A stretch of DNA of 63,981 bases, filler included, from Octopus bimaculoides (GCF_001194135.2; 6 parts of 6 records of this genome joined end to end with filler, not necessarily neighbours in it); one strand, 5' to 3'. Positions 12,809 to 25,723 are shown, numbered from the whole stretch's first letter. A program made the numbers and translations. Notes: generated by a model from the sequence alone, not told the origin.

Positions 12809-13637
12809 NNNNNNNNNNNNNNNNNNNNNNNNNNNNNNNNNNNNNNNNNNNNNNNNNNNNNNNNNNNNNNNNNNNNNNNNNNNNNNNNNNNNNNNNNNNN
12901 NNNNNNNNNNNNNNNNNNNNCACGCCTGCTTAATTTAATTCGTCCTTCGTCGAAAGACATCTGTTGTTATGTCCTGTTTTATCATTTTTATTGTATTTGT
13001 GTAACATTGTTCGTTTTTTTCCATCCTTGTTTTTGTATACATTCGCTGCTTTCTTCCAAGGAATCTAATGCTCTTAGCTTAGTTTTTCCTTGGGGCTGGC
13101 CAGATTGGAGCAATATCGAGAATAACCAGCCGAAATTGCAAAGATAATCTGGATCTCGACTGAAGAGAGAAAACTTCGAATGACCTGTCCATGTTTTCTT
13201 TGTATCGTCTATCTGGATGTTTTGTCCCTTTCTTGTATCACCTAACTGTCTGGATGTTTTGCGTTCTTGTCCTATCCTGTATTATTTATATATATGTTGT
13301 TATATTTCGGGATAAATATACGTTCTTCACTGCGGATTTATTTTTGTTGTCATTGTTCTTATTTTATATCCTTTGGAAATATTTCGTCACACATTCTGTA
13401 GCCTCTTCAGCTACTCTCCATCCCACGCATCTCCTGTTCTGTTTAGTCCATTCCGTCTTCACTTATGTTCCACCAATACCAATCTTTCTTATCTCTATGA
13501 CCAATGAGGTGCGTTTTCTCTGCAGTTTAACATGCAAGAAATAACACACAAATCCAATTCACTAGACAGTCTAATATCTTTTTTAAAAACAGATCTGAGG
13601 TTCTTGAAATCTTCGATACTCCTACACTGACGAAATA

Positions 13638-14154
13638 TTAGGTTGAGGAAAAATTTAATGCGCCATGTTAAAATAATGCTTTTTTTATATATATTTTTGT
13701 GGTGTGTGTGTTCATTCAGTTCATGTCATGTTCAATGGTGGCTCACTATTGAAAAGTACCCAAGACTTGTTTGTTAAGAAAATGCAAAGCCTCGTATACC
13801 GGCAGAAAGACCAGCAACAACATTGAAGAATTGGACGGTGTGGAAGTTCTGCCGCATCCAGCCTATAGTCCAGACGTTGCTCCATCTGACTACGGTCTCT
13901 TCCGATCAATGCGACACTATATGAAAAGTCACCGATTTGAGTCATTCGATGAAGTCGAAGAAGCCTGTCAAGAATTTTTCGATTCAAAGCCGAAGGATTG
14001 GTACTTTGGCCAAATCTGAAAGCTTGCATATCGTTGGCAGAAGGTCGCGCAAAATGATGGCCTTTATGTTGAAGAATAGTTGTTATTTTTGGTTAAATTC
14101 TTGCATAAGAACTATTATTTCAACACGGCGCACGAATATTTTCCCTCAACCTAG
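13638..14154 (+). mobile_element. Internally deleted mariner element with both TIRs
   Basis: TIRs ttaggttgaggaaaaatttaatgcgccatgttaaaataat / attatttcaacacggcgcacgaatattttccctcaacctag; encodes only the C-terminus EVLPHPAYSPDVAPSDYGLFRSM...RWQKV. Confidence 0.92.
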
Positions 14155-14554
14155 TTATCATAGCTTTAATATTAATGACATGTATGGATGCGCTATTTCG
14201 TTAAGCAATCATAATATAAAGTATTTTATTCGTTTTTATAAGCCAATACCGTGTCCTAACCGTGTTAGCAGTGCACACTGCTATCATCGTAGGACACGGT
14301 AGGGACTTATAAAAACGTTTAATATACTTGTTAATATATAATGGAATCATAGCTTTGTCTTTCGATTAGGGTAAACCTAAGGCTAAACAATAGCCATCAA
14401 CAGCCAAACAGCCAACAACTCAGCTATCAGCTTCCCCATCTTACTACCACCGCCACTACTAAACCGTCCTTGACGAATTTACCAACATAGTTGACTCCTG
14501 AAACCTCTACCACGACACCATCTCCATTATGACATCACTACCACCAACACAACT

Positions 14555-14556
14555 CT

Positions 14557-14614
<58 letters not shown>

Positions 14615-14907
14615 GCTGCTACTGCTGCTGTTACTACTACCTGTAACCGCACCAGCACTGCTACAATCACCATGGATATAACCATTCTAGTACCACCACC
14701 ACCACCACCACATCTACCACTACAACCACTATAATCACCCTCATCACAACAACCATCATCATCACCACCACAACCAGCACCAATACCACATTATACCACT
14801 AGCTTCTCCGCCGCTGCCACCATCCCCACCACCACCACCACTAAAACCACCACCAAATCCACCACCAAAACCACCCCCACCCCCACCATCGCTGCCACCA
14901 CCGCACC
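14555..14907. repeat. (CTA)n/(CAC)n trinucleotide low-complexity tract
   Basis: Directly visible; runs into a gap. Confidence 0.9.
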
Positions 14908-15613
14908 NNNNNNNNNNNNNNNNNNNNNNNNNNNNNNNNNNNNNNNNNNNNNNNNNNNNNNNNNNNNNNNNNNNNNNNNNNNNNNNNNNNNNNNNNNNNN
15001 NNNNNNNNNNNNNNNNNNNNNNNNNNNNNNNNNNNNNNNNNNNNNNNNNNNNNNNNNNNNNNNNNNNNNNNNNNNNNNNNNNNNNNNNNNNNNNNNNNNN
15101 NNNNNNNNNNNNNNNNNNNNNNNNNNNNNNNNNNNNNNNNNNNNNNNNNNNNNNNNNNNNNNNNNNNNNNNNNNNNNNNNNNNNNNNNNNNNNNNNNNNN
15201 NNNNNNNNNNNNNNNNNNNNNNNNNNNNNNNNNNNNNNNNNNNNNNNNNNNNNNNNNNNNNNNNNNNNNNNNNNNNNNNNNNNNNNNNNNNNNNNNNNNN
15301 NNNNNNNNNNNNNNNNNNNNNNNNNNNNNNNNNNNNNNNNNNNNNNNNNNNNNNNNNNNNNNNNNNNNNNNNNNNNNNNNNNNNNNNNNNNNNNNNNNNN
15401 NNNNNNNNNNNNNNNNNNNNNNNNNNNNNNNNNNNNNNNNNNNNNNNNNNNNNNNNNNNNNNNNNNNNNNNNNNNNNNNNNNNNNNNNNNNNNNNNNNNN
15501 NNNNNNNNNNNNNNNNNNNNNNNNNNNNNNNNNNNNNNTGTGTTTCTATCTTTCTTTTTCTGAGAAACCTTAAAGCAGTCTCTTGCGAAGCCCCAAGCCT
15601 TAGACTTATACTA

Positions 15614-15908
15614 CATGGTGTCCACAAAGTCTGGGTACACGGAGTAAATAAAATCATAACAAACAATTAAATATAAGAAATAATAATTTCTTAAAGTATG
15701 TGTTACTCTCCATGTGGGTACATGGAGTAAATAGAATCATAATATAAACAATTAAATATAAGAAATAATAATTTCTTAAAGTATGTGTTAATCCCCATGT
15801 GGGTACATGGAGTAAATAAAATCATAATATAAACAATTAAATATAAGAAATAATAATTTCTTAAAGTATGTGTTAATCCCCATGTACCCAGAGTTTGTGG
15901 GCACCCTG
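15614..15908. mobile_element. Tc1/mariner-type MITE containing three internal 83-85 bp tandem units
   Basis: TA|catggtgtccacaaagtctgggtacacggag ... ccccatgtacccagagtttgtgggcaccctg|TA (about 31-bp TIR, TA flanks); units start at 15633, 15716, 15801. Confidence 0.88.
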
Positions 15909-16127
15909 TATATTTACTATTTTTACACTTAGTATGTGGTTCTTTTTCTGTTTGCTTAATTAATTTTTTGTGCTTGTGTGCTTATGTGTGTGTGTGTGTG
16001 TGTGTGTGTTTAATTTCATATCGGTGTAAAGTCTGGTCTTCATGTTGGTGTTTGTGTTTAGGTCTTGTAATTTGTGGTTCGAGAAATGGAGATCAATAAA
16101 ATCATTGAGTGAACATCATCTAATAAA

Positions 16128-16296
16128 ATAGAGCGATATTTCTTCCTTCTTTATGTTCTGAGTCAAAATTCCGCCGCGGTCGACTTTGCGGTTCACCTTA
16201 ACTAGATCGATAAAATAGGTATCAGTTGAGCACTGTGGCCTTTGTAATCGACTTATACTCTCCCACGAACACGCTGGCCTTGTCCCGATATTTGAA
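16128..16296 (+). mobile_element. SINE family A, decayed
   Basis: GTTCTGAGTCAAAATTCCGCCGCGGTCGACTTTGC...GGCCTTGTCCC matches the A body and tail. Confidence 0.75.
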
Positions 16297-16447
16297 ACCA
16301 CCAAAAATGCACGTGCGCGCACACGCACACGCACACACCTTTGGAAAAATGAATGCTATGCAAAGTTACGCAACATCTCTCCAATGTTCTACAGGCATGA
16401 ATGACGTTCATTTTCTATGTATGTATGTATGTATGTATGTATGTATG

Positions 16448-16834
16448 TGTGGAGCCGCAATGGCCCAGTGGTTAGGGCAGCGGACTCGCGGTCATAGGAT
16501 CGCGGTTTCGATTCCCAGACCGGGCGTTGTGAGTGCTTATTGAGCGGAAACACCTAAAACTCCACGAGGCTCCGGCAGGGGATGGTGGCGAACCCTGCTG
16601 TACTCTTTCACCACAACTTTCTTTCACTTTTACTTCCTGTTTCTCTTGTGCCTGTAATTCAGAGGGTCAGCCTTGTCACGCTGTGTCACGTTGAATATCC
16701 CCGAGAACTACGTTAAGGGTACACGTGTCTGTGGAGTGCTCAGCCACTTGCACGTTAATTTCACGAGCAGGCTGTTCCGTTGATCGGATCAACTGGAACC
16801 CTCGTCGTCGTAAGCGACAGAGTGCCAACAACAA
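16448..16834 (+). mobile_element. SINE family C, full length, inserted in an (ATGT)n array
   Basis: A-box TGGCCCAGTGG, B-box GTTTCGATTCC, 3' GGAACCCTCGTCGTCGTAAGCGACAGAGTGCCAACAACAA; highly similar to 44374-44756 and 62921-63153. Confidence 0.93.
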
Positions 16835-16869
16835 ATGTATGTATGTATGTATGTATGTATGTATGTATG

Positions 16870-16920
<51 letters not shown>

Positions 16921-17050
16921 GTGTATGTGTTTATGCGTATGAGCATGTGCAAGCGTGTATGTGTGTATCTTTGACCGAACTGAAGGAAAGGAAGAAGTTA
17001 TGTGCTACATATGTTTCGAAGATATATGTGATAAATATAAAGCAAAATGA

Positions 17051-17092
17051 GTGGAGGCGCAATGGCTCAGTGGTTAGGGCAGCGGACTCGCG
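17051..17092 (+). mobile_element. SINE family C head only
   Basis: GTGGAGGCGCAATGGCTCAGTGGTTAGGGCAGCGGACTCGCGG, truncated where the 3' end of a Dong/R4 fragment begins. Confidence 0.8.
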
Positions 17093-17099
17093 GACTCGA

Positions 17100-17720
17100 G
17101 TTGTTGAAGTTGTTGATTGAAGATATTGTGTCTACCAGGGGTTGTACTGTTTGTCAAGTCACAACAAGGACCTCATACAGATAGTACTTTACGCAATATG
17201 CGTGCAGTTCCAAGTAATGCCGACTTTTGAAATTGTAGGGTATCTCTAAGGTTTTCGGATGTTTTTACAGATTGGGTGGTATTGAACCCAATGCTCCGAT
17301 GGCAATAGGGATAAACATTATGTTCGACTCTCGTAGCTGCGTCATCTTAGCGATCTCAATTCTCAGCTCTTCATATTTAACAACTTCTCTTTCTTTCATG
17401 ATGATATGTTGATCTCCTGGTACTGTTACGTCGATTATTAGGCACTCTTGTTTGTCCCTCCTCAAGGTTACTATATCCGGCCTTCCGTGCTCTAACACTT
17501 TGTCTGTCTGGAAATCAAAGTCCCAGAGGATTTTTGCCTTCCCTTTTTCGTCCATTACCTTATCCGATGTATGTTGGTACTAAGCACTCGTAACCTCGTA
17601 TCCATACTTACGGCATAGTAGCCAGTGGAGGTTTTGGGCTTTTTTGTCGTGCCTACGCTTGCTTTCTTTCTGCGCAAGATTTTCACAAGCACTAACCATG
17701 TGAGTCACACTTTTGACCCT
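17100..17720 (-). mobile_element. Dong/R4-type non-LTR retrotransposon 3' fragment (restriction-like endonuclease domain)
   Basis: HMVSACENLAQKESKRRHDKKAQNLHWLLC...KILWDFDFQTDKVLEHGRPDIV...CLIIDVTVPGD...KYEELRIEI...IPIAIGALG: RHD, RPD and D-x-x-x-P motifs of PD-(D/E)xK RLE elements; 5' flank is (AAT)n in element orientation. Confidence 0.9.
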
Positions 17721-17737
17721 GATTATTGTTATTATTA

Positions 17738-17960
17738 AGACGGTGAGCCGGCAGAATCGTTAGCACGCCGGGCGAAACACTTAGGGGTATTTCGTCTGAG
17801 TTCAAATTCCGCCGAGGTCGACTTTGCCTTTCATCTTTTCGAGGTCGATAAATTAAGGTCGATTACATTACTGGGGTCGATGTAATCGACTATCTTCCTC
17901 CCCAAAATTTCAGCCCGTGTGCTTATATTAGAAATGATTATTATTGTTATTATTATTATT
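17738..17960 (+). mobile_element. SINE family A with (ATT)n tail
   Basis: GACGGTGAGCCGGCAGAATCGTTAGCACGCCGGGCG...GAGTTCAAATTCCGCCGAGG...ATTAGAAATGATTATTATT. Confidence 0.88.
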
Positions 17961-18172
17961 AGCTGGCAGAATCACTTTGGATTCTGGCAGAATCGTTAGC
18001 ACTTTGAGGAAAATGCTTAGCAGCATTTCATCCGTCTTCACGTTCAAATTACGCCAAAGTCGTCTTTGCCTTTCATCCTTCTGGATCAATAAAATAAGTA
18101 CCACTGGGGTCGACTTCAATCGACTATCCCCCCTCTTCCAAAATTTCAGACCTTGTGCCTATATCAGAACGA

Positions 18173-18235
<63 letters not shown>
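17961..18235 (+). mobile_element. Second tandem SINE family A copy with long (ATT)n tail
   Basis: CTGGCAGAATCGTTAGCAC...CCTTGTGCCTATATCAGAACG followed by about 20 ATT units. Confidence 0.85.
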
Positions 18236-18236
<1 letters not shown>

Positions 18237-18657
18237 GAAAGAGTTCCATCGTCATGCTGGTTATTTCAAATTCCTTCTTCTTTTAAGTAGCTTTTTGCCT
18301 CTCTCTTCCTCCAATTTTCCCTCCTTTCTGATTTTCTCCTTGTCTTCCTCAAAATTCCCAACTTACTCTTCTTGCTATATCAGTCTTGTATTTTTTCTCT
18401 CTTTCGATTCCTTTCCTCCCTTCAGCACTCACCCCTAATCAATGCTGCTCCCTAATCACTCTACTTCAATAATCTTTCTGTTACTTCCAATCTCTCTTCT
18501 CCCTCTCTCTCTTTCTCCTTCTTTTCTTAAATCTTCCGATTTTTCTCCATTACCCCTTCTCTCGTCATTCGCTCTTCCCGTCCCTTACTCTTCCCTAATC
18601 ACAACCCCCTCTCATTACTCACCCTAATACACCTACCTAATTCTACTCACACACATA

Positions 18658-18705
<48 letters not shown>

Positions 18706-19080
18706 CTCTCTCTCTCTCTCGCTAAAAAAAATCCCAACTCGATACAAGAACTAAAGTAATTGGCGTCAAAATGACGGGGCTAAGGTGGTCCAACAAAACT
18801 CAATGATAATGGCGTGTCACGTGTAATTAATTTCACAGCAAATTGCTGTTAAGGTAGTTGCTGTTGTTATTGCTGTTGTTGTTGTTGGCGGTGTTATCGT
18901 TGTTGTAATGCTAACGGTGGCGGTGCCGCTGAAGATTGTCGTTGTTGCTACTTTTGATGCCGTTGTTCTTTGGTTGTTGTCATGGAGGTTATATTTGTTG
19001 TTGATGTTACTACTCTTGATGACGCCGTTGTCATTGTGGTGGTTGTAGTGTTCGTTTTTGTTGTGGTAGCGATGCCCTCT

Positions 19081-19323
19081 TTACTCTCTTTTACTCTTTT
19101 ACTTGTTTCAGTTATTTGACTGCGGCCATGCTGGTGCACCACCTTTAGTCGAGTAAATCGACCCCGGGACTTATTCTTTGGAAGCCTAGTACTTATTATA
19201 TCGGTCTCTTTTTTTTGCCAAACCACTAAGTTACGAGGACGTAAACACACCAGCATCGATTGTCAAGCGATNNNNNNNNNNGTTGGTAAGCAAGTTACTT
19301 ACCACACAGCCACTCCTGCGCCT
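19081..19323 (-). mobile_element. SINE family B (middle collapsed in a 10-N gap)
   Basis: Tail CTCTTTTACTCTTTTACTTGTTTCAG and head ACCACACAGCCACTCCTGCGCC both present. Confidence 0.85.
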
Positions 19324-19335
19324 ATGTTTAACTGT

Positions 19336-19727
19336 TTAACTTGCTTCAGTCATTTGACTGTGACCATGCTGCAGCACCGCCTTTTAGTCGAGCAAATCGA
19401 TCCCCAGGACTTATTCGTTGTAAGCCTAGTACTTATTCTATCGGTCTCTTTTTGCCGAACCGCTAAGTCACGAGGGACGTATACACACCAGCATTGGTTG
19501 TCAAGCGATGTTGGGGGGACAAACACAGACACACAAACACACATAAACATATACATATATACGACGGGCTTCTTTCAGTTTCCGCCGACTACCAAATCCA
19601 CTCACAAGGTTTTGGTCGGCCCGAGGCTATAGTAGAAAACACTTGCCCAAGGTGCCACGCAGTGGGAATGAACCCAGAACCATATGGTTGGTAAGCAAGT
19701 TACTTACCACACAGCCACTCATGCGCC
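19336..19727 (-). mobile_element. SINE family B, full length, tandem to the previous copy
   Basis: Complete reverse-complement match to the 9989-10637 copy. Confidence 0.9.
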
Positions 19728-20423
19728 TACTGGTTACAGAAGTAATACTTGTTGTTGTGGAGTTTATATTTATTATTGTAGTTATTGTTATCGTGTTGGT
19801 GGTTTCGCTTAGTGTTGTAGTCGCGGTTGTAGTGCTACTGGTATAAATGCCAGGGTGTTTCTGTTGGCGGTGATCGGCGCAGTTGTGATACCACTGAATC
19901 AGTGAAGGTTGTAGTAGTAGTAGATTTTGTGAAACATNNNNNNNNNNNNNNNNNNNNNNNNNNNNNNNNNNNNNNNNNNNNNNNNNNNNNNNNNNNNNNN
20001 NNNNNNNNNNNNNNNNNNNNNNNNNNNNNNNNNNNNNNNNNNNNNNNNNNNNNNNNNNNNNNNNNNNNNNNNNNNNNNNNNNNNNNNNNNNNNNNNNNNN
20101 NNNNNNNNNNNNNNNNNNNNNNNNNNNNNNNNNNNNNNNNNNNNNNNNNNNNNNNNNNNNNNNNNNNNNNNNNNNNNNNNNNNNNNNNNNNNNNNNNNNN
20201 NNNNNNNNNNNNNNNNNNNNNNNNNNNNNNNNNNNNNNNNNNNNNNNNNNNNNNNNNNNNNNNNNNNNNNNNNNNNNNNNNNNNNNNNNNNNNNNNNNNN
20301 NNNNNNNNNNNNNNNNNNNNNNNNNNNNNNNNNNNNNNNNNNNNNNNNNNNNNNNNNNNNNNNNNNNNNNNNNNNNNNNNNNNNNNNNNNNNNNNNNNNN
20401 NNNNNNNNNNNNNNNNNNNNNNN

Positions 20424-20820
20424 TGGTGGTGGTGGTGGTTGTGGTGGCAGTGGTGGTGGTTGTAGTGGTTGTGGTGGTGGTTGTGGTGGTTGTGGTGGTT
20501 GTGGTTGTGGTGGTGGTTGTGGTGGTTGTGGTAGTTGTGGTGGTAGTGGTAGTGGCAGTAGTGGTGGTCGTGGCAGTGGCGGTAGTGATGGTAGTAGTGG
20601 TGGCAGTGGTGGTAGTAGTGATGGTGGTGATGGTGGTGGTGGTGGTAGAAGTGATGTTGTTTTGGTTGTTTTGAATGAGGAGTTAGAAGTGATCAAATAT
20701 ATATAAAGTTATTGTAGTTGCTGTCCTTGTGGTGGTTGCTGTTGTTGCTTTTGATGTTGGTGTTGTGGTAGTGGTGATGTAAGTGGTGGTAGTGTAGGTG
20801 GTGATTGTAATGTGGAATGA
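20424..20820. repeat. (GTG/GTT/GTA)n trinucleotide tract
   Basis: Directly visible; source of the poly-V and poly-P artefact ORFs. Confidence 0.92.
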
Positions 20821-21532
20821 CAATAGTGTTGATTCGACGATCAGCTTTCGGAATGAGGTTCGCTATTGCATCGATATTTATTTCTCCGAACGTTGCATTA
20901 CGAGATATGCATAGCGTAAGCATAACACACACACACAAACACACATAGACACACATAGACACACATGATACATTCAGACATATACATTTATTATATACTA
21001 ATACACACACAAACACACGCACGAATATATGATATATATATATATATATATATATATGATAATTTTAAAAGGCTAACTGATTTCAAAATTTCAACTTTAT
21101 CAGTTTGATCAGATTGTCATCACAATGTGGCCAGAAGCAGCTATACCGAAATTTCGAAGCCTCTTTCATATTAAACTTGATTGATTTTTATCCAAATTCT
21201 ACGAATCATGGTATACTTATATATANNNNNNNNNNNNNNNNNNNNNNNNNNNNNNNNNNNNNNNNNNNNNNNNNNNNNNNNNNNNNNNNNNNNNNNNNNN
21301 NNNNNNNNNNNNNNNNNNNNNNNNNNNNNNNNNNNNNNNNNNNNNNNNNNNNNNNNNNNNNNNNNNNNNNNNNNNNNNNNNNNNNNNNNNNNNNNNNNNN
21401 NNNNNNNNNNNNNNNNNNNNNNNNNNNNNNNNNNNNNNNNNNNNNNNNNNNNNNNNNNNNNNNNNNNNNNNNNNNNNNNNNNNNNNNNNNNNNNNNNNNN
21501 NNNNNNNNNNNNNNNNNNNNNNNNNNNNNNNN

Positions 21533-21568
<36 letters not shown>

Positions 21569-21720
21569 AGTATATGTATCTACATATCGTTGCTACTATG
21601 CAAAAGTGTCGGAAGTCCACAACGTTGCTTTTTTTTAGAAGGCGAAAAAAATAGTTTCACCATTCTATAGTAAAACCAATATACTACACTCTGACAATTT
21701 TATATAATAGCAACTATATA

Positions 21721-22779
21721 CAATCATACCTCGGCTTAAGTCGATTCGATTTAAGTCGTTCTCGATTATACATCAGTTTTCAAAAGTAATTCCAGGCTAC
21801 AAGGTCTCAAAAGAACGTGTGAGCATTATGTTGGGAGCTAATTGTGCTGGTGATTTTAAGTTAAAACCATTGCTTGTGTATCATGCACACAATATCCGTG
21901 CCCTGAAGAACATACCCAAGACATCTCTCCCTGTTATATGGATGGCTAATTCAAAAGCATGGGTTACTGTTGTTTTTGAAGATTGGTTCTTCAATCATTT
22001 TATCCCAGCAGCAACAGAGAAGTGCTGTAGGGAGAAGGGGGATTCTCTTTAAGATTTTACTTACCTTAGATAATGCTCCTGGCCACCCGCAAAACATTGT
22101 AGATTTTGATCCCAACATTATCGTCATATACCTCCCTTCAAACACCTCACTTCTTTTGCAGCCAATGGATAAGGTAATAATTGCTAACTTCAAGCGTTAC
22201 TATATGAAGCGCACGCTGCAGCAAGCAATAGCTGCAACTAATCTTGATGAGTCTATCACATTTTGTGACTTTTGGAAGAGATACGATATCGACAAGGCTG
22301 TACAGAACATAGCAGCGACATGGAATGATGTACAGAGCACGGCTATGGATGGTGTATGGAAGAAGCTTTGCCCGCAATTCGTGAATGATTTTAAAGGGTT
22401 AGATAATGTTGCCATCAACTAAACGTTAGTGACTACGAGCAAAGAACTGGAAATGGATTTGGAGGAGGAGGATTTCACAGATTTACTTGTAAAAGACAAG
22501 CAGCCTCTGATGAACGAGGATTTGATAGAGCTTCATGAGCAGCAAAATAAAGAAGAGGAAGTCGAACCTGAACCACGTCACTTTTCCATTAAGAAAATGC
22601 AGCAAGCATTTGCATGTATCGAGAAAAGTCTTTCTATGTTCGAGAATATGGATCCAAATACTCAACGCTTTTCCAAGATTATGGGGGTTTGTCACGAAGC
22701 TTTTACTCCTTATAATGTAATCCTTGAGGAAAAGAAGAAGACAGTTCAAGGAACCCTCAACCGGTTTTTAAGAGCATCN
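21721..22779 (+). mobile_element. Tigger/pogo transposon (TIGD1-like DDE_1 transposase), internally deleted, 3' end in gap
   Basis: TA|caatcatacctcggcttaagtcg TIR-like start, then directly KERVSIMLGANCAGDFKLKPLLVY...LLTLDNAPGHP...LPSNTSLLLQPMDKVIIANFK...; CENP-B HTH coding region absent; frameshift and stop present. Confidence 0.92.
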
Positions 22780-23777
22780 NNNNNNNNNNNNNNNNNNNNN
22801 NNNNNNNNNNNNNNNNNNNNNNNNNNNNNNNNNNNNNNNNNNNNNNNNNNNNNNNNNNNNNNNNNNNNNNNNNNNNNNNNNNNNNNNNNNNNNNNNNNNN
22901 NNNNNNNNNNNNNNNNNNNNNNNNNNNNNNNNNNNNNNNNNNNNNNNNNNNNNNNNNNNNNNNNNNNNNNNNNNNNNNNNNNNNNNNNNNNNNNNNNNNN
23001 NNNNNNNNNNNNNNNNNNNNNNNNNNNNNNNNNNNNNNNNNNNNNNNNNNNNNNNNNNNNNNNNNNNNNNNNNNNNNNNNNNNNNNNNNNNNNNNNNNNN
23101 NNNNNNNNNNNNNNNNNNNNNNNNNNNNNNNNNNNNNNNNNNNNNNNNNNNNNNNNNNNNNNNNNNNNNNNNNNNNNNNNNNNNNNNNNNNNNNNNNNNN
23201 NNNNNNNNNNNNNNNNNNNNNNNNNNNNNNNNNNNNNNNNNNNNNNNNNNNNNNNNNNNNNNNNNNNNNNNNNNNNNNNNNNNNNNNNNNNNNNNNNNNN
23301 NNNNNNNNNNNNNNNNNNNNNNNNNNNNNNNNNNNNNNNNNNNNNNNNNNNNNNNNNNNNNNNNNNNNNNNNNNNNNNNNNNNNNNNNNNNNNNNNNNNN
23401 NNNNNNNNNNNNNNNNNNNNNNNNNNNNNNNNNNNNNNNNNNNNNNNNNNNNNNNNNNNNNNNNNNNNNNNNNNNNNNNNNNNNNNNNNNNNNNNNNNNN
23501 NNNNNNNNNNNNNNNNNNNNNNNNNNNNNNNNNNNNNNNNNNNNNNNNNNNNNNNNNNNNNNNNNNNNNNNNNNNNNNNNNNNNNNNNNNNNNNNNNNNN
23601 NNNNNNNNNNNNNNNNNNNNNNNNNNNNNNNNNNNNNNNNNNNNNNNNNNNNNNNNNNNNNNNNNNNNNNNNNNNNNNNNNNNNNNNNNNNNNNNNNNNN
23701 NNNNNNNNNNNNNNNNNNNNNNNNNNNNNNNNNNNNNNNNNNNNNNNNNNNNNNNNNNNNNNNNNNNNNNNNNNNNN

Positions 23778-23846
<69 letters not shown>

Positions 23847-24578
23847 TACATTCATGCATACATATATATTTATATATGCATGAAAGTAAATATATAACGA
23901 TATATAAATATATATATATACATATATATATATATACATATATACATAATATATAATATATATATATACATACACATGCATACACACATACACATGTATG
24001 TAGATAGACATGTGTTTGTGTATGTATGTCTGTATGTATGTACATTGTCGTATGATCATGGTCCATTCCGTCCTTCCTTGTTCACTATAGATTATCTTTT
24101 TGACTACTTTAATTACAAGAAACGAAACACAGACAGTAAAGAATAAAATAAAGCACCCCCCTCTAAAAAAAAAAAGTAATCATGAAAAAGAACGAACAGA
24201 TAAACATACACATGCAAGCACACACATACATACACACGCGTTTGTATAGAGCGCAAATATATATATATATATATATATATGCAAACAGTTTATGTAGATA
24301 AACAAGAGTGCGTGGGGGGCGTGTGGGTATAAATAAAAGGTTAGATAGGTAGATAGATAAACAGACGCGCAGATAGAGAGAAAGATTAAGCTGACGGATA
24401 GACATTGAGAGAAATAAATGAGTTTGCTTTCGGATGCAGAATGAAATAATAACAGACAAACATCAAAGCGCTATCATTTCTGGGCTCACGAAACATGTCT
24501 CCACGTTGAAATAACGCGGCAGGATGTGTGTCAGGGACATTTTAAATACATACACACACACACAAACACGAAGATGAA

Positions 24579-24612
<34 letters not shown>

Positions 24613-25522
24613 NNNNNNNNNNNNNNNNNNNNNNNNNNNNNNNNNNNNNNNNNNNNNNNNNNNNNNNNNNNNNNNNNNNNNNNNNNNNNNNNNNNNNNNN
24701 NNNNNNNNNNNNNNNNNNNNNNNNNNNNNNNNNNNNNNNNNNNNNNNNNNNNNNNNNNNNNNNNNNNNNNNNNNNNNNNNNNNNNNNNNNNNNNNNNNNN
24801 NNNNNNNNNNNNNNNNNNNNNNNNNNNNNNNNNNNNNNNNNNNNNNNNNNNNNNNNNNNNNNNNNNNNNNNNNNNNNNNNNNNNNNNNNNNNNNNNNNNN
24901 NNNNNNNNNNNNNNNNNNNNNNNNNNNNNNNNNNNNNNNNNNNNNNNNNNNNNNNNNNNNNNNNNNNNNNNNNNNNNNNNNNNNNNNNNNNNNNNNNNNN
25001 NNNNNNNNNNNNNNNNNNNNNNNNNNNNNNNNNNNNNNNNNNNNNNNNNNNNNNNNNNNNNNNNNNNNNNNNNNNNNNNNNNNNNNNNNNNNNNNNNNNN
25101 NNNNNNNNNNNNNNNNNNNNNNNNNNNNNNNNNNNNNNNNNNNNNNNNNNNNNNNNNNNNNNNNNNNNNNNNNNNNNNNNNNNNNNNNNNNNNNNNNNNN
25201 NNNNNNNNNNNNNNNNNNNNNNNNNNNNNNNNNNNNNNNNNNNNNNNNNNNNNNNNNNNNNNNNNNNNNNNNNNNNNNNNNNNNNNNNNNNNNNNNNNNN
25301 NNNNNNNNNNNNNNNNNNNNNNNNNNNNNNNNNNNNNNNNNNNNNNNNNNNNNNNNNNNNNNNNNNNNNNNNNNNNNNNNNNNNNNNNNNNNNNNNNNNN
25401 NNNNNNNNNNNNNNNNNNNNNNNNNNNNNNNNNNNNNNNNNNNNNNNNNNNNNNNNNNNNNNNNNNNNNNNNNNNNNNNNNNNNNNNNNNNNNTATATAT
25501 ACATACATACATACATACATAC

Positions 25523-25563
<41 letters not shown>

Positions 25564-25684
25564 AAGTGAGTGAGTGAGTGTATGTGTGTGATGGAGAGAG
25601 AATCATATATATAGTTCAAATTTACAGAACAGAAAAGGCGAAGACAGGTGAGGGAACAACAAGCAGGTGTATTAATTATATATA

Positions 25685-25723
<39 letters not shown>

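Noticed and set aside
12921-13300. GGCTGG...CCAGCC-GAAA and CTGAAGA-gag...cgaa strings suggesting ribozymes
   Set aside because: The core boxes do not co-occur in the right order; probably part of an unclassified repeat.
15633-15885. CRISPR-like or satellite-like regular repeats
   Set aside because: Units are contiguous with no unique spacers and lie inside MITE TIRs; there are no cas genes and the context is eukaryotic.
16451-16530. Stand-alone tRNA genes at the heads of families A, B, C, E and at 55310
   Set aside because: A/B boxes are present, but acceptor stems do not form and each continues into a repeat body; these are SINE-type heads.
21100-21172. Possible distant copy of the 26-kb hammerhead unit (ttgatcaga...cgaaa...ttcat)
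   Set aside because: Similarity is too short and patchy to call by eye, and the CUGANGA box is absent.
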